Shown here: one piece after another, positions 8,586 to 17,247 of the stretch | How positions within the stretch are numbered: the stretch's first letter is position 1 | Layout of the letters: every line of letters starts with the position of its first letter | Sequence record: DRR723986_7361 | Direction: 5' to 3' (one strand) | DNA length: 42,550 bases | Made by a program: the position numbers and the translations under genes | Notes under the pieces: model-generated | Seen by the model: the letters and a program-made list of their open reading frames with translations, nothing else | Database searches by the model: none | What the model was told of the DNA's origin: nothing

Positions 8586-10937
8586 ATGAAGGGACACTTT
8601 TTATTATTTTTTTTATCTGTGTTGGTAATATCATGCCAAAAAGATTATAACAAAAAAACACCTCGATATAAGTATATCCCAAAAGAAGCAAATACAGTTG
8701 TTAAAATAAATGCCATAAATGATTTTTTAGGGTCAGCTGAAAATCACAAGTTATTTTCGAACATATATTATAAGGAGTTAGAATTCACTTCAGATATCCT
8801 AAGATTATATAACACATCTAAACCGGTATTCCTTGCAACGATTGAAAATTCAAATGATTTTTTAATATTAACAGAATTCTCCGATGAAATTTTTAATATA
8901 GATTCTATACCAAATCATATTTCTGAAACTATAGCAGAATTTAAGATTGATAAAATTCAAATTGACTCAACAACAATCTACACAAAGCAAATAGGTAACG
9001 TATTTGCCACATCTCAAAATATTGAACTACTTAATGGCTTAGATGAAGACAATGAGAATATTGAGATTTCTAGACTCATTGAAACTACTAACAACACTGC
9101 TGTATCTTCTGTGATCTATAAGGCCAACACATTAAAATATAATAAGCTACTATTTAATACAATTAATAGCGAAAATTATGTTGTATTGGATATAGATAGT
9201 TATGATAAAAGTATAATATATGATGGCATACTGGCTAGTAATGATTCTATAACGTCTATCATAGACTGTTTTAAAAATAATATCCCACAAAAAGTACAAT
9301 CTACAAATGTGGTGCCAGCAGATGTAAAATCTCTTTTGAGTTTCACCTATGATGATTATGCTACATTTAATCAAACTCGAAATAAGGTTTTCCCTAAATA
9401 CTCAGATAGTATTCCGAATTTTTTGAATTTCACAAATGAGGTCTCCATTACAGATAATGCTTTAATATTCCATTCGTTCGACACAAATATTATTATAGAA
9501 TCAATAGACAACAAAGAGCTAAATGAAACTTTTAGAGATGTAGATATCTTTAAGTTCCATACACCAGATTTTTTTCAGACCAAATTGATGCCAATTATTC
9601 ATTTTGATAATGCTCAATACTTTTGTGTCCTACATGATTTTATTTTGTTTTCAGAGACTAAAGAAGTTTTAAAGTCTTTGGTGTCTCAGTCCTTAAATAA
9701 TAATACACTGGGAAATCAGAAGGCCTTTATAGATTTAAATGAAAAATTGAGTGACGAAGTATCTCTTTTTATCTATAAAAATTCAGCTGGTTTAAAAGAA
9801 ATGCTAGGTGATGATGCAGACAAATACAATACAAATGCTTTACAGTTTGTTTACGAAGACAACTATGCGCATATAAATGGTGTAATTCAAAAATATTCTC
9901 AACCACGTATAGCAAATTCTGTTACAGAGGCATATTCTACTACTTTGGAGGCAGAAATAATCAAGCCACCACAAACAGTAAAAAACCATGTTACCAAAAC
10001 ACATGATATTATAGTACAAGATGCCGATTATAATTTGTATTTAATTTCCAGTTCTGGCAATATCTTATGGAAGAAAAAATTACAAGACAAAATTCTTGGT
10101 GAAGTAGAGCAAATAGACACATACAAAAACGGTAGATTACAATTGGCTTTTGCAACATCTAAACGCTTATATGTATTAGATAGAAATGGCAATGATGTTG
10201 GAACTTTTCCTTTAAATTTTAACGATAAAATAACGCAACCCTTATCTGTATTTGACTACGATAAAACCAAGAATTATAGATTATTAGTCACACAAGGCAA
10301 AAACTTACTTATGTATGACGCTAAGGGTAAGGCAGTTAATGGTTTTAATTACAAAACCAACACTGCCAACATAATTACACAACCAAGGCATTTTAGAGTT
10401 GCAAGTAAAGATTATATCGTTTTTGGCGCTGGTAACAAAATGAAAATTTTAAATCGTCAAGGCAGCACAAGAATAAACGTAAATGATAAAATACGTTTTT
10501 CTAATAATAATATTTATTTATATAAAAATAAGTTCACCACAACCAATACTTTAGGAGAATTGGTTCAAGCAGATACCAAAGGCAAACTCACACTAAAGAA
10601 TTTAAATCTTACTGAACAACATAGTATTGAAGCTACTAATAAAACCTTAGTTAGTTTAATGGATAATAAACTAGCAATTAAAAGTAGAGTTGTTGACTTA
10701 GAATTCGGTGATTACACCTCACCTAAAATATTTTATCTTAATGATGAAATATACGTTACCACTACAGACCTGCAGTCTAAAAAAGTATATCTCTTTGACA
10801 GTCAGGCAAAATCTATTCCCAATTTTCCCATATTCGGCACCTCCTCTGCTGAGCTTCAAAAATTAGACAAAGACAGAGGGCTAGAACTAATAACTCAGAG
10901 TGATGATAAATCTATCATTATTTACAAAATCAATTAA
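8586..10937 (+). CDS. Uncharacterised lipoprotein with a probable C-terminal beta-propeller
   Basis: Lipobox LVISC. The C-terminal half has repeated blade-like motifs (LYLISSSGNILW, LYVLDRNG, LMYDAKG, VYLFDSQAK..PNFP). No RNase H motifs. Confidence 0.65.
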   Translation: MKGHFLLFFLSVLVISCQKDYNKKTPRYKYIPKEANTVVKINAINDFLGSAENHKLFSNIYYKELEFTSDILRLYNTSKPVFLATIENSNDFLILTEFSDEIFNIDSIPNHISETIAEFKIDKIQIDSTTIYTKQIGNVFATSQNIELLNGLDEDNENIEISRLIETTNNTAVSSVIYKANTLKYNKLLFNTINSENYVVLDIDSYDKSIIYDGILASNDSITSIIDCFKNNIPQKVQSTNVVPADVKSLLSFTYDDYATFNQTRNKVFPKYSDSIPNFLNFTNEVSITDNALIFHSFDTNIIIESIDNKELNETFRDVDIFKFHTPDFFQTKLMPIIHFDNAQYFCVLHDFILFSETKEVLKSLVSQSLNNNTLGNQKAFIDLNEKLSDEVSLFIYKNSAGLKEMLGDDADKYNTNALQFVYEDNYAHINGVIQKYSQPRIANSVTEAYSTTLEAEIIKPPQTVKNHVTKTHDIIVQDADYNLYLISSSGNILWKKKLQDKILGEVEQIDTYKNGRLQLAFATSKRLYVLDRNGNDVGTFPLNFNDKITQPLSVFDYDKTKNYRLLVTQGKNLLMYDAKGKAVNGFNYKTNTANIITQPRHFRVASKDYIVFGAGNKMKILNRQGSTRINVNDKIRFSNNNIYLYKNKFTTTNTLGELVQADTKGKLTLKNLNLTEQHSIEATNKTLVSLMDNKLAIKSRVVDLEFGDYTSPKIFYLNDEIYVTTTDLQSKKVYLFDSQAKSIPNFPIFGTSSAELQKLDKDRGLELITQSDDKSIIIYKIN

Positions 10938-11018
10938 GTTATTAACCATTTAACCAATTCGCTTTTAAGTATCAATAGTTATTCTTACATTTAGACAGCT
11001 ATTAATCAATTACTTAAA

Positions 11019-11243
11019 ATGAAAATGTCTTCTCTGTTGAAGGAAATTATTTTTCCCATTTGCATTCTTTTTTTAGTATCTCCAGTGCTAGATGCACAGA
11101 CAAAAAAAATAAAAAGACCAAAAAGCAAAGTTGGTATTTACAGTGTAGATAATTTTGTTGGCGAATCATTCGATTTATTTGATAAAGACTTAATAGAGAA
11201 ACTTGGGGCAATTCCATTAAAAAATATTGTTGAGTCTGCGTGA
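11019..11243 (+). pseudogene. Probable truncated remnant of a secreted hypothetical protein
   Basis: Signal peptide plus AQTKKIKRPKSKVG...SFDLFDK, then a short tail and stop. I recall longer Flavobacteriaceae proteins with this N-terminus, but this is not verified. Confidence 0.45.
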
Positions 11244-11293
11244 TAAGGTCTCTATAAGTATAACGATAACCAAATCTCAAAGTCTCTGAGTCT

Positions 11294-11326
11294 GAAAACG
11301 CCAAATTTATTTTGGCGTTTTCTTTT
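11294..11326 (+). terminator. Intrinsic terminator-like hairpin
   Basis: GAAAACGCCAAA-tttat-TTTGGCGTTTTC followed by TTTT. Confidence 0.7.
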
Positions 11327-11384
11327 AGTTTTAAGTCATACCTTTTGTAGTATTGCATCTTCATAATTATAAATAAATTCTGCA

Positions 11385-12434
11385 ATGATTAAAAGACAAA
11401 AGGCATCTATAAAAAGTTGCATCATTCACAAAGTAGGTAACAAATTTAACGACACTAAGAATGCATTTTCTGATGCGGCAGTTAACTTTGACGAAGCTAC
11501 CTACAACCTTATGTTGCCTTACCTTTTAAAACCATTTGTTAGTGTTGCAGAAAGTTATCGATTTCATCATCATAGCGACGTTGGTTTAAATGAAATAAAC
11601 ACTTATGCCGATCAACTTTTTAAGGAAGAAGGCGATTTTGTAGAAATTTCTAAACATATCCTAAATCACCTCTATGAACAAAGTAATTCAGCCCAAATAA
11701 AAACAGGTGATGTACTGGTTTGCCATTTCGAAAATGTGCAATATGAAGACTATTTTACAGACGCTATAGGGATTTATAAAATTGAAAATAAGACGGAATT
11801 TTTCCAGACCTATTTAGAGTCAGGCAACTATGATATTCTCGTACAAAAAGGCATACAAGCAAAAAAGGTAGATAAAGGCTGTTTGATATTAAATACTGCA
11901 AATATGGAAGGCAAAATTGTCTTTAGTGTAGATAATAACACTTACGACACGCAGTATTGGATTAAAAGCTTTTTAAACATTAAATATTCAGATGATAGCA
12001 ACCAACATACTAAAAATTGTATTGAGCTTTGTAGAGAGTTTTCTAAAGAAGTTTTACAACCTAATTTTGGTGGACAAGAACAAAGTAATTTCTTAGCAAA
12101 AACGGTTGATTTCTTTAAAGAAAATGAAATTGTAAATATCGAAACTTTTAAAGAAGAAGTTTTTGATGAAGAAGATCATATTCAGCTCTTTGAAGACTAT
12201 AAAAAGAGTTATGAGTCTGAAAATAAAGTACTCATAAGAAATCAATTTGATGTATCAGACCGTGTACTTAAAAAACAAAAACAGAAGATTAGAACCGAAA
12301 TAAAACTAGACACAAATATTCAGATAAAACTAGACGTTGATGCGCCAGATGCCTCAGCTGAATATATGGAACGCGGCTATGACGAAGAGAAGAAAATGCA
12401 TTTTTATAAGGTGTTTTTTAATGCTGAAGCATAA
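11385..12434 (+). CDS. Nucleoid-associated protein, YejK/NdpA (37-kD) family
   Basis: IIHKVGNK start, HLYEQSNSAQIKTGDV, IGIYKIENK, DKGCLI and YWIKSFL. Acidic, 349 aa. Confidence 0.85.
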   Translation: MIKRQKASIKSCIIHKVGNKFNDTKNAFSDAAVNFDEATYNLMLPYLLKPFVSVAESYRFHHHSDVGLNEINTYADQLFKEEGDFVEISKHILNHLYEQSNSAQIKTGDVLVCHFENVQYEDYFTDAIGIYKIENKTEFFQTYLESGNYDILVQKGIQAKKVDKGCLILNTANMEGKIVFSVDNNTYDTQYWIKSFLNIKYSDDSNQHTKNCIELCREFSKEVLQPNFGGQEQSNFLAKTVDFFKENEIVNIETFKEEVFDEEDHIQLFEDYKKSYESENKVLIRNQFDVSDRVLKKQKQKIRTEIKLDTNIQIKLDVDAPDASAEYMERGYDEEKKMHFYKVFFNAEA

Positions 12435-12455
12435 AAGCATCCTTAATTGCCTTTA

Positions 12456-12463
12456 TATCTTTG
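12456..12463 (+). promoter_or_regulatory. Candidate -7 promoter element upstream of the HMA-like gene
   Basis: TATCTTTG, 83 nt upstream of ATG 12547. Confidence 0.35.
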
Positions 12464-12546
12464 TAAACTGACCAATATCAATTTATGTTCTCTCTTTGTT
12501 CTGTAAATTAAGACCACTTAAAAATTAACCATATAATTCATCAATT

Positions 12547-12807
12547 ATGAGCTTAATTTCAGAACATATTATACCAGGACCACATGGCAGAATTTTCGGT
12601 ACAGACGCTGTAGAAAAACGAGAATTAGAGTGTATTAAAAAACGTCTACTTACCTTAGATGGTATTAAAGATGTTGAAATAAACATGGATATCTTTCCGA
12701 GAGAAATTACAGTTTACACGTCTAAATTAGTGACTATTGAAGACGTTGAAAACAAAGTGAAAACTACGAGTTTTCACGCTATAGCTAAAGAGAATATCGA
12801 TTTATAG
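12547..12807 (+). CDS. Small HMA/ferredoxin-like fold protein (no CxxC)
   Basis: IKKRLLTLDGIKDVEIN...ITV...VENKVKTTSFHA resembles the HMA domain pattern. It has only one Cys. Confidence 0.6.
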   Translation: MSLISEHIIPGPHGRIFGTDAVEKRELECIKKRLLTLDGIKDVEINMDIFPREITVYTSKLVTIEDVENKVKTTSFHAIAKENIDL

Positions 12808-12859
12808 GATTTGGTTCTACCCCACCCAAATGACATGTATTTTTACCACATTAATGCAC

Positions 12860-13558
12860 CTAGTTGATTGTGGCTTCAAATAAGGTTTTTAAGTGTTTAA
12901 GAATTTTCGATTTCACTTCAGATTCATCTACTTTTTTTACACCTAATTCGTTATTAAGAGACGTCACTGCTTTACCTCTAATACCACACGGAATAATATT
13001 ATCAAAATAACCCAGATCTGCATTGACGTTTAAGGCAAATCCATGCATAGTTACCCATCTGCTAGCTCTTACTCCCATAGCGCATATTTTTCGTGCAAAA
13101 GGTGTACCGACATCTATCCACACACCTGTTTCACCGGGACTTCGCTCGGTTTTTAGACCATACTCTGCCAAAGTTAAAATAATAACCTCCTCTAAAAACC
13201 TCAGGTATTTATGTATGTCTGTAAAGAAATTATCTAAGTCTAATATGGGATAACCTACAATCTGGCCTGGACCATGATAAGTGATATCTCCACCTCTGTT
13301 AATCTTGTAAAACGTAACTCCTTTTTCCTTTAATTGAGCTTCATTGAGTAATAAATTAGACAAATCACCACTCTTACCTAAAGTGTATACATGTGGATGT
13401 TCTACAAAAAGAAAATGATTCTTAGTTTCTAATCCTGCCTCTTCCCTTCTATTCTTAATTTTAGTATCTAAAATTTCCTTAAATAGTTCTTCCTGATAAT
13501 CCCAGGTTTCCTTAAAATCTTTAAGTCCTAAATCTTTTAATTCAATACGTTTATTCAA
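12860..13558 (-). CDS. lipB: Lipoyl(octanoyl) transferase
   Basis: Motifs EHPHVYTLG, RGGDITYHGPGQIVGYPI, KICAMG, HGFALN and IIPCG. TTG start. Confidence 0.97.
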   Translation of the reverse strand: MNKRIELKDLGLKDFKETWDYQEELFKEILDTKIKNRREEAGLETKNHFLFVEHPHVYTLGKSGDLSNLLLNEAQLKEKGVTFYKINRGGDITYHGPGQIVGYPILDLDNFFTDIHKYLRFLEEVIILTLAEYGLKTERSPGETGVWIDVGTPFARKICAMGVRASRWVTMHGFALNVNADLGYFDNIIPCGIRGKAVTSLNNELGVKKVDESEVKSKILKHLKTLFEATIN

Positions 13559-13561
13559 ACC

Positions 13562-14359
13562 TTAATCCTCTAAAACAACCTTAAAATTCATTACTGATGC
13601 ATCGCTATTTATAGTACTCCAAGGCACTTTGTAAGTGACAGTCATACCGTCTTCAGAAATCACAGCATTTTCACTTGAAACAGACTTGATTTTTTTTGGA
13701 AATTTATATGTAAGTGTATGAAATGAATTTGAAAAAATTTCTTCAAACTGCATCATAAACATATCTTTCATCTCATCTCCATCATCATCTTCTAAGACAC
13801 CTTCTAACTCATCCTCTTCTTGCTTAGCAGTAGCTGGTTGAAACCTATAAAACGTGTTATTTTCAAATGAAAAAATTACTTTTTCAGTCTTAGTTAATTC
13901 ATCCATCTGTTCATGCGGAGCCTGACCATCTTTATTACTCAAATTTTTTGCATAATCCATAGTTCCATCCAACTGGTCGTAAATCGTCATAAGCTCTTCA
14001 AACTCTTTAAATTTCTTTGACATTTCAAAATTAAAAATGCTTTTTTCCTCATCCATATGCATTTTTAAAGTCATTCCTTTTAGCTTATCAAATTCAGCAC
14101 GCTCTTCGTCCGAAAGTGCAGCGATACTATCTTTATGAGTTTTGTATAAATCATCAAAAACTATTGTTGTATCAATCTTTTCACGTTTGGGCCCTTCTTT
14201 AGAAGGTGGTCTGTTTTCATTGGCATATTCCATCATTGTTGCCATATCAAAAGCAGTATTGTATTGACCACTCATGTTATTATCAAATATGATAGATTCC
14301 GTGACATTGCAACTCATTACAAAATAAGCAACAGTCAATAAATAAACTAGTTTTTTCAT
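13562..14359 (-). CDS. Hypothetical lipoprotein
   Basis: Start re-called to ATG 14359 (MKKLVYLLTVAYFVMSC, lipobox). It ends 3 nt before the lipB start, so it is likely co-transcribed. Confidence 0.7.
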   Translation of the reverse strand: MKKLVYLLTVAYFVMSCNVTESIIFDNNMSGQYNTAFDMATMMEYANENRPPSKEGPKREKIDTTIVFDDLYKTHKDSIAALSDEERAEFDKLKGMTLKMHMDEEKSIFNFEMSKKFKEFEELMTIYDQLDGTMDYAKNLSNKDGQAPHEQMDELTKTEKVIFSFENNTFYRFQPATAKQEEDELEGVLEDDDGDEMKDMFMMQFEEIFSNSFHTLTYKFPKKIKSVSSENAVISEDGMTVTYKVPWSTINSDASVMNFKVVLED

Positions 14360-14385
14360 TCGCACTTTCTGTTTTAAATAAAGCA

Positions 14386-14393
14386 CAAAGATA
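14386..14393 (-). promoter_or_regulatory. -7 promoter element for the lipoprotein-lipB unit
   Basis: TATCTTTG on the minus strand, 26 nt upstream of ATG 14359. Confidence 0.6.
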
Positions 14394-14398
14394 ATGAT

Positions 14399-14557
14399 TT
14401 ATCGGTCAGGATTATTTAATATAACTAGTGCTGCAATTACGCCAGGAACCCAGCCGCACAGCCATAATAAAAAGGTAATTAAAACAGACCCACAACCTTT
14501 ATCTAAAACTGCTAAAGGTGGGCAAACAATGGAAAGTATAACACGCCAGATACTCAT
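14399..14557 (-). CDS. YqaE/Pmp3 family small membrane protein
   Basis: 52 aa MSIWRVILSIVCPPLAV...LWLCGWVPGVIAAL, with the PPLAV and GWxPG signatures. Start re-called to ATG 14557. Confidence 0.9.
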   Translation of the reverse strand: MSIWRVILSIVCPPLAVLDKGCGSVLITFLLWLCGWVPGVIAALVILNNPDR

Positions 14558-14588
14558 GTTTCGTTTATTGATTTGCTGTACCAAATAG

Positions 14589-14614
14589 GACGCTATTTTT
14601 TATAAATTGTTACA
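14589..14614 (-). promoter_or_regulatory. ECF sigma-type promoter upstream of the yqaE/pmp3 gene
   Basis: The minus strand reads TGTAAC-N16-CGTC, ending 31 nt before the ATG. Confidence 0.6.
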
Positions 14615-14667
14615 ATAGTTTATTTCTGAATTATTAAAAGTCAGCTAAAATTATGTAGATTCGTTCT

Positions 14668-15723
14668 ATGCGAAAACTTATTCTTTTAATCTTTTTAATG
14701 ATTTCGTTATTGAGTCAGGCTCAATATTCATTCTCAGGTTTTATAAATCCAGATGAATGGCAGAATTATGTTTACCTATCTATAGTTGAAGATTACAGAA
14801 AAATGTCTGGTGTGTATTCTGAACAAATTATTGCCAAAACTACAGCAGATGAAACTGGTTTTTTTGAGTTTAAAGGCAACATGTTAGATAACATCAATAG
14901 GATCTATCGTATACATATTGATAAATGCTCAGAATCTCAGCAAGATGTGAATCACTTTAATGGGCATTGTAGTGATAGCGAAGAGTTACTTTTCATTGCA
15001 AAAAATACAGATACGCTCAAACTACCATTTTCCTTTGGTAATCAGGTGTTTTGTAAAATAGAGTCTAGTAATCCAAAGTCTAGCGTATTTCTCAAAATTG
15101 ACTCACTAAAGAACGACATGAGTTTTGCCTACGGAGAATTTAGGAGTGAAGCTAACAGAAAATTAAACAATAAAAAATGGTTTAAAACACTACAAGATTA
15201 CGGTAAGAACTTAAAAGAACCAATAGCAGAATTGTACATTTATTCTTATCTATCTGATAGAAGTAGTGATCTTCACAACTATTATGTTGAAGATCTTAAA
15301 AATAATACGTACTATGACGAATTATTGGCGCGACTAGAAGAAAATTACCCTAGTTCACCATACACAAGACAATATATTAATGAATTAGAGGCAGATCGTT
15401 ACATGCTCGAAGCTTCATCTGGTAGAACAGGTTTGAGCTGGTCCTTTTATCTATATGCTCTGCTAGCATTATCCTTAGTCTTAAATGGCTTTTTACTTTT
15501 TAAAGCAATGCAGAAAAAACGTACTTCTACCAAAAACTTAAAAGCCAAACTATCCAAACAAGAACAAGTTGTTTTAGATTATTTATTACAAGAAAAATCA
15601 AATAAAGACATTGCTGAAGCTCTTTTTTTAAGTGTGAGCACTGTAAAATCTCACACAAACAATATTTATAAAAAACTAAACGTACAATCTAGAGACGAAG
15701 TTAAGTCTCTGTTTAACAGGTAA
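14668..15723 (+). CDS. Membrane-anchored LuxR-family regulator (signal peptide, extracytoplasmic domain, TM, HTH)
   Basis: C-terminal LSKQEQVVLDYLLQEKSNKDIAEALFLSVSTVKSHTNNIYKKLNVQSR. TM segment WSFYLYALLALSLVLNGFLLF. No receiver domain. Confidence 0.88.
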   Translation: MRKLILLIFLMISLLSQAQYSFSGFINPDEWQNYVYLSIVEDYRKMSGVYSEQIIAKTTADETGFFEFKGNMLDNINRIYRIHIDKCSESQQDVNHFNGHCSDSEELLFIAKNTDTLKLPFSFGNQVFCKIESSNPKSSVFLKIDSLKNDMSFAYGEFRSEANRKLNNKKWFKTLQDYGKNLKEPIAELYIYSYLSDRSSDLHNYYVEDLKNNTYYDELLARLEENYPSSPYTRQYINELEADRYMLEASSGRTGLSWSFYLYALLALSLVLNGFLLFKAMQKKRTSTKNLKAKLSKQEQVVLDYLLQEKSNKDIAEALFLSVSTVKSHTNNIYKKLNVQSRDEVKSLFNR

Positions 15724-15735
15724 TTAAAAAATTCA

Positions 15736-15763
15736 ACCTAGGTACTAGTACCAATTTCCAACC
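15736..15763 (+). promoter_or_regulatory. Palindromic candidate operator between luxR and the DUF1573 gene
   Basis: Perfect 12-bp palindrome GGTACTAGTACC (15741-15752), overlapping ACCTAGGT (15736-15743) and flanked by CAACC repeats. Confidence 0.45.
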
Positions 15764-15832
15764 AAATATCGGACTGTTTTACAATTCAAATTTTGATGTT
15801 TGTTTTCATATTAATCATAAAAATTTTCAATT

Positions 15833-16240
15833 ATGAAACGAACAGTAAACACATTTTTATTAGTGGCTTTCGTGCTCAGCTTATTTAATGCAGCACCAAC
15901 AGAATTCGACAAATACGACAGTAAAGTTGCCATAATTAAGTTTAAAACAGAAGTCATAGACTATGGTAATGTTATTCAAAACTCGGATGGTAATAGACAT
16001 TTTTCATTTATTAATGAAGGTGATGCCCCTTTACTTATTACAAACGTTAAGACAACATGTGGTTGTACAGTACCTAGTTATTCTATAGCACCCATTTTAC
16101 CAGGAGAATCTGGAGAAATTCAAATTAAGTACAACACAAAGCGTTTGGGAGCATTTACTAAGACGGTAACCGTAATGTCTAATGCAGAAGGTGGTAATAA
16201 AATTTTAAAAATCAAGGGTACGATTATCGCCTCCAAATAA
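15833..16240 (+). CDS. DUF1573 domain secreted protein
   Basis: Signature FINEGDAPLLITNVKTTCGCTVP...PILPGESGEI plus a signal peptide. Confidence 0.9.
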   Translation: MKRTVNTFLLVAFVLSLFNAAPTEFDKYDSKVAIIKFKTEVIDYGNVIQNSDGNRHFSFINEGDAPLLITNVKTTCGCTVPSYSIAPILPGESGEIQIKYNTKRLGAFTKTVTVMSNAEGGNKILKIKGTIIASK

Positions 16241-16255
16241 TCTTACGAAAACAAC

Positions 16256-16291
16256 AAAAGTCTGATTCTTATACAAGAATCAGACTTTTTT
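16256..16291 (+). terminator. Intrinsic terminator or stabilising hairpin
   Basis: 15-bp perfect stem AAAAGTCTGATTCTT-atac-AAGAATCAGACTTTT followed by TT. Confidence 0.8.
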
Positions 16292-16305
16292 AATTACAAA
16301 AAATC

Positions 16306-17196
16306 ATGAAAACAAATATTATAACCCTTATACTCATTGTACTCACAATATTTCAATTATCATCACAAAGTTTAAATACTGAAATCAATAAAGAAGGATC
16401 TGCACCTTATTTACTTGGCAAAATTGATAAAAGCGGCTTAGAAGGAAAGAATTATAAGGCTTGGTTTAATAAAAACTATAATGACTATGAGCCAAATACA
16501 AACATTATAGCCTCTATATCTAATAAGCTTAGTCAATACCAAATAAAACTCTTTATGGGTACTTGGTGCGGTGACAGTAAGAAGGAAGTACCTCGATTAT
16601 ATAAAGTCTTAGAAGCCTGCAATTTTCCAATGGATCAACTAACAGTAATCGCGGTAAGTAGAGAAGCAAACATTTATAAGCAAAGTCCTAAGCATGAGGA
16701 AGCTGGTTTAAATATTCATAGAGTCCCAACAATAATTTTTTACAAGGATAGTAAAGAAGTTAACCGTATCGTAGAACATCCCATAGAATCATTTGAAGAA
16801 GACATTCAAAATATTATCACAGTTAATTCATATCAATCGAACTATGAGATTGTTCAAAAAATAGATGGAATTCTTAAGAAAAAAGGACTTAAAGGCTTAA
16901 AGAGAAAATCAAAAATGCTTGTAAAGAAATTTAAAGCTAAAGTCTCGAGCATGTTTGAGTTAAACACTTACGGTCGCATTTTAATTGGAACAAATCGTAT
17001 TAATGAGGCTATCGAAGTATTTATTTTAAATACAAAACTATTTCCATATGAACCCAGAACTTACATGAGTTTAGCAAATACTCTTGGTGTTAGTGGTGAT
17101 AAGGACAGTGCGATTAAAGTACTAGAAGAAGCCCTTGTTATACATCCAGGTAATGCTGATTTAAAAGAAAATCTCAAAGTCATAAAATCAAATTAA
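16306..17196 (+). CDS. Exported thioredoxin-fold (CxxS) protein with C-terminal TPR
   Basis: FMGTWCGDS, cis-Pro RVPTIIF, and TPR-like LNTYGRILI...AIEVF...YMSLANTL...AIKVLEEALVIHP. Confidence 0.8.
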   Translation: MKTNIITLILIVLTIFQLSSQSLNTEINKEGSAPYLLGKIDKSGLEGKNYKAWFNKNYNDYEPNTNIIASISNKLSQYQIKLFMGTWCGDSKKEVPRLYKVLEACNFPMDQLTVIAVSREANIYKQSPKHEEAGLNIHRVPTIIFYKDSKEVNRIVEHPIESFEEDIQNIITVNSYQSNYEIVQKIDGILKKKGLKGLKRKSKMLVKKFKAKVSSMFELNTYGRILIGTNRINEAIEVFILNTKLFPYEPRTYMSLANTLGVSGDKDSAIKVLEEALVIHPGNADLKENLKVIKSN

Positions 17197-17226
17197 AAAG
17201 GTATTCGCTAATTTTTTGAAATAATG

Positions 17227-17234
17227 TAATTTTG
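17227..17234 (+). promoter_or_regulatory. -7 promoter element for lysS
   Basis: TAATTTTG, 13 nt upstream of ATG 17248. Confidence 0.6.
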
Positions 17235-17247
17235 CATTTCTAAAATA

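Noticed and set aside
11047..11385. 112-aa minus-strand ORF
   Set aside because: It crosses a terminator and the next gene's upstream region, and has no recognisable motif.
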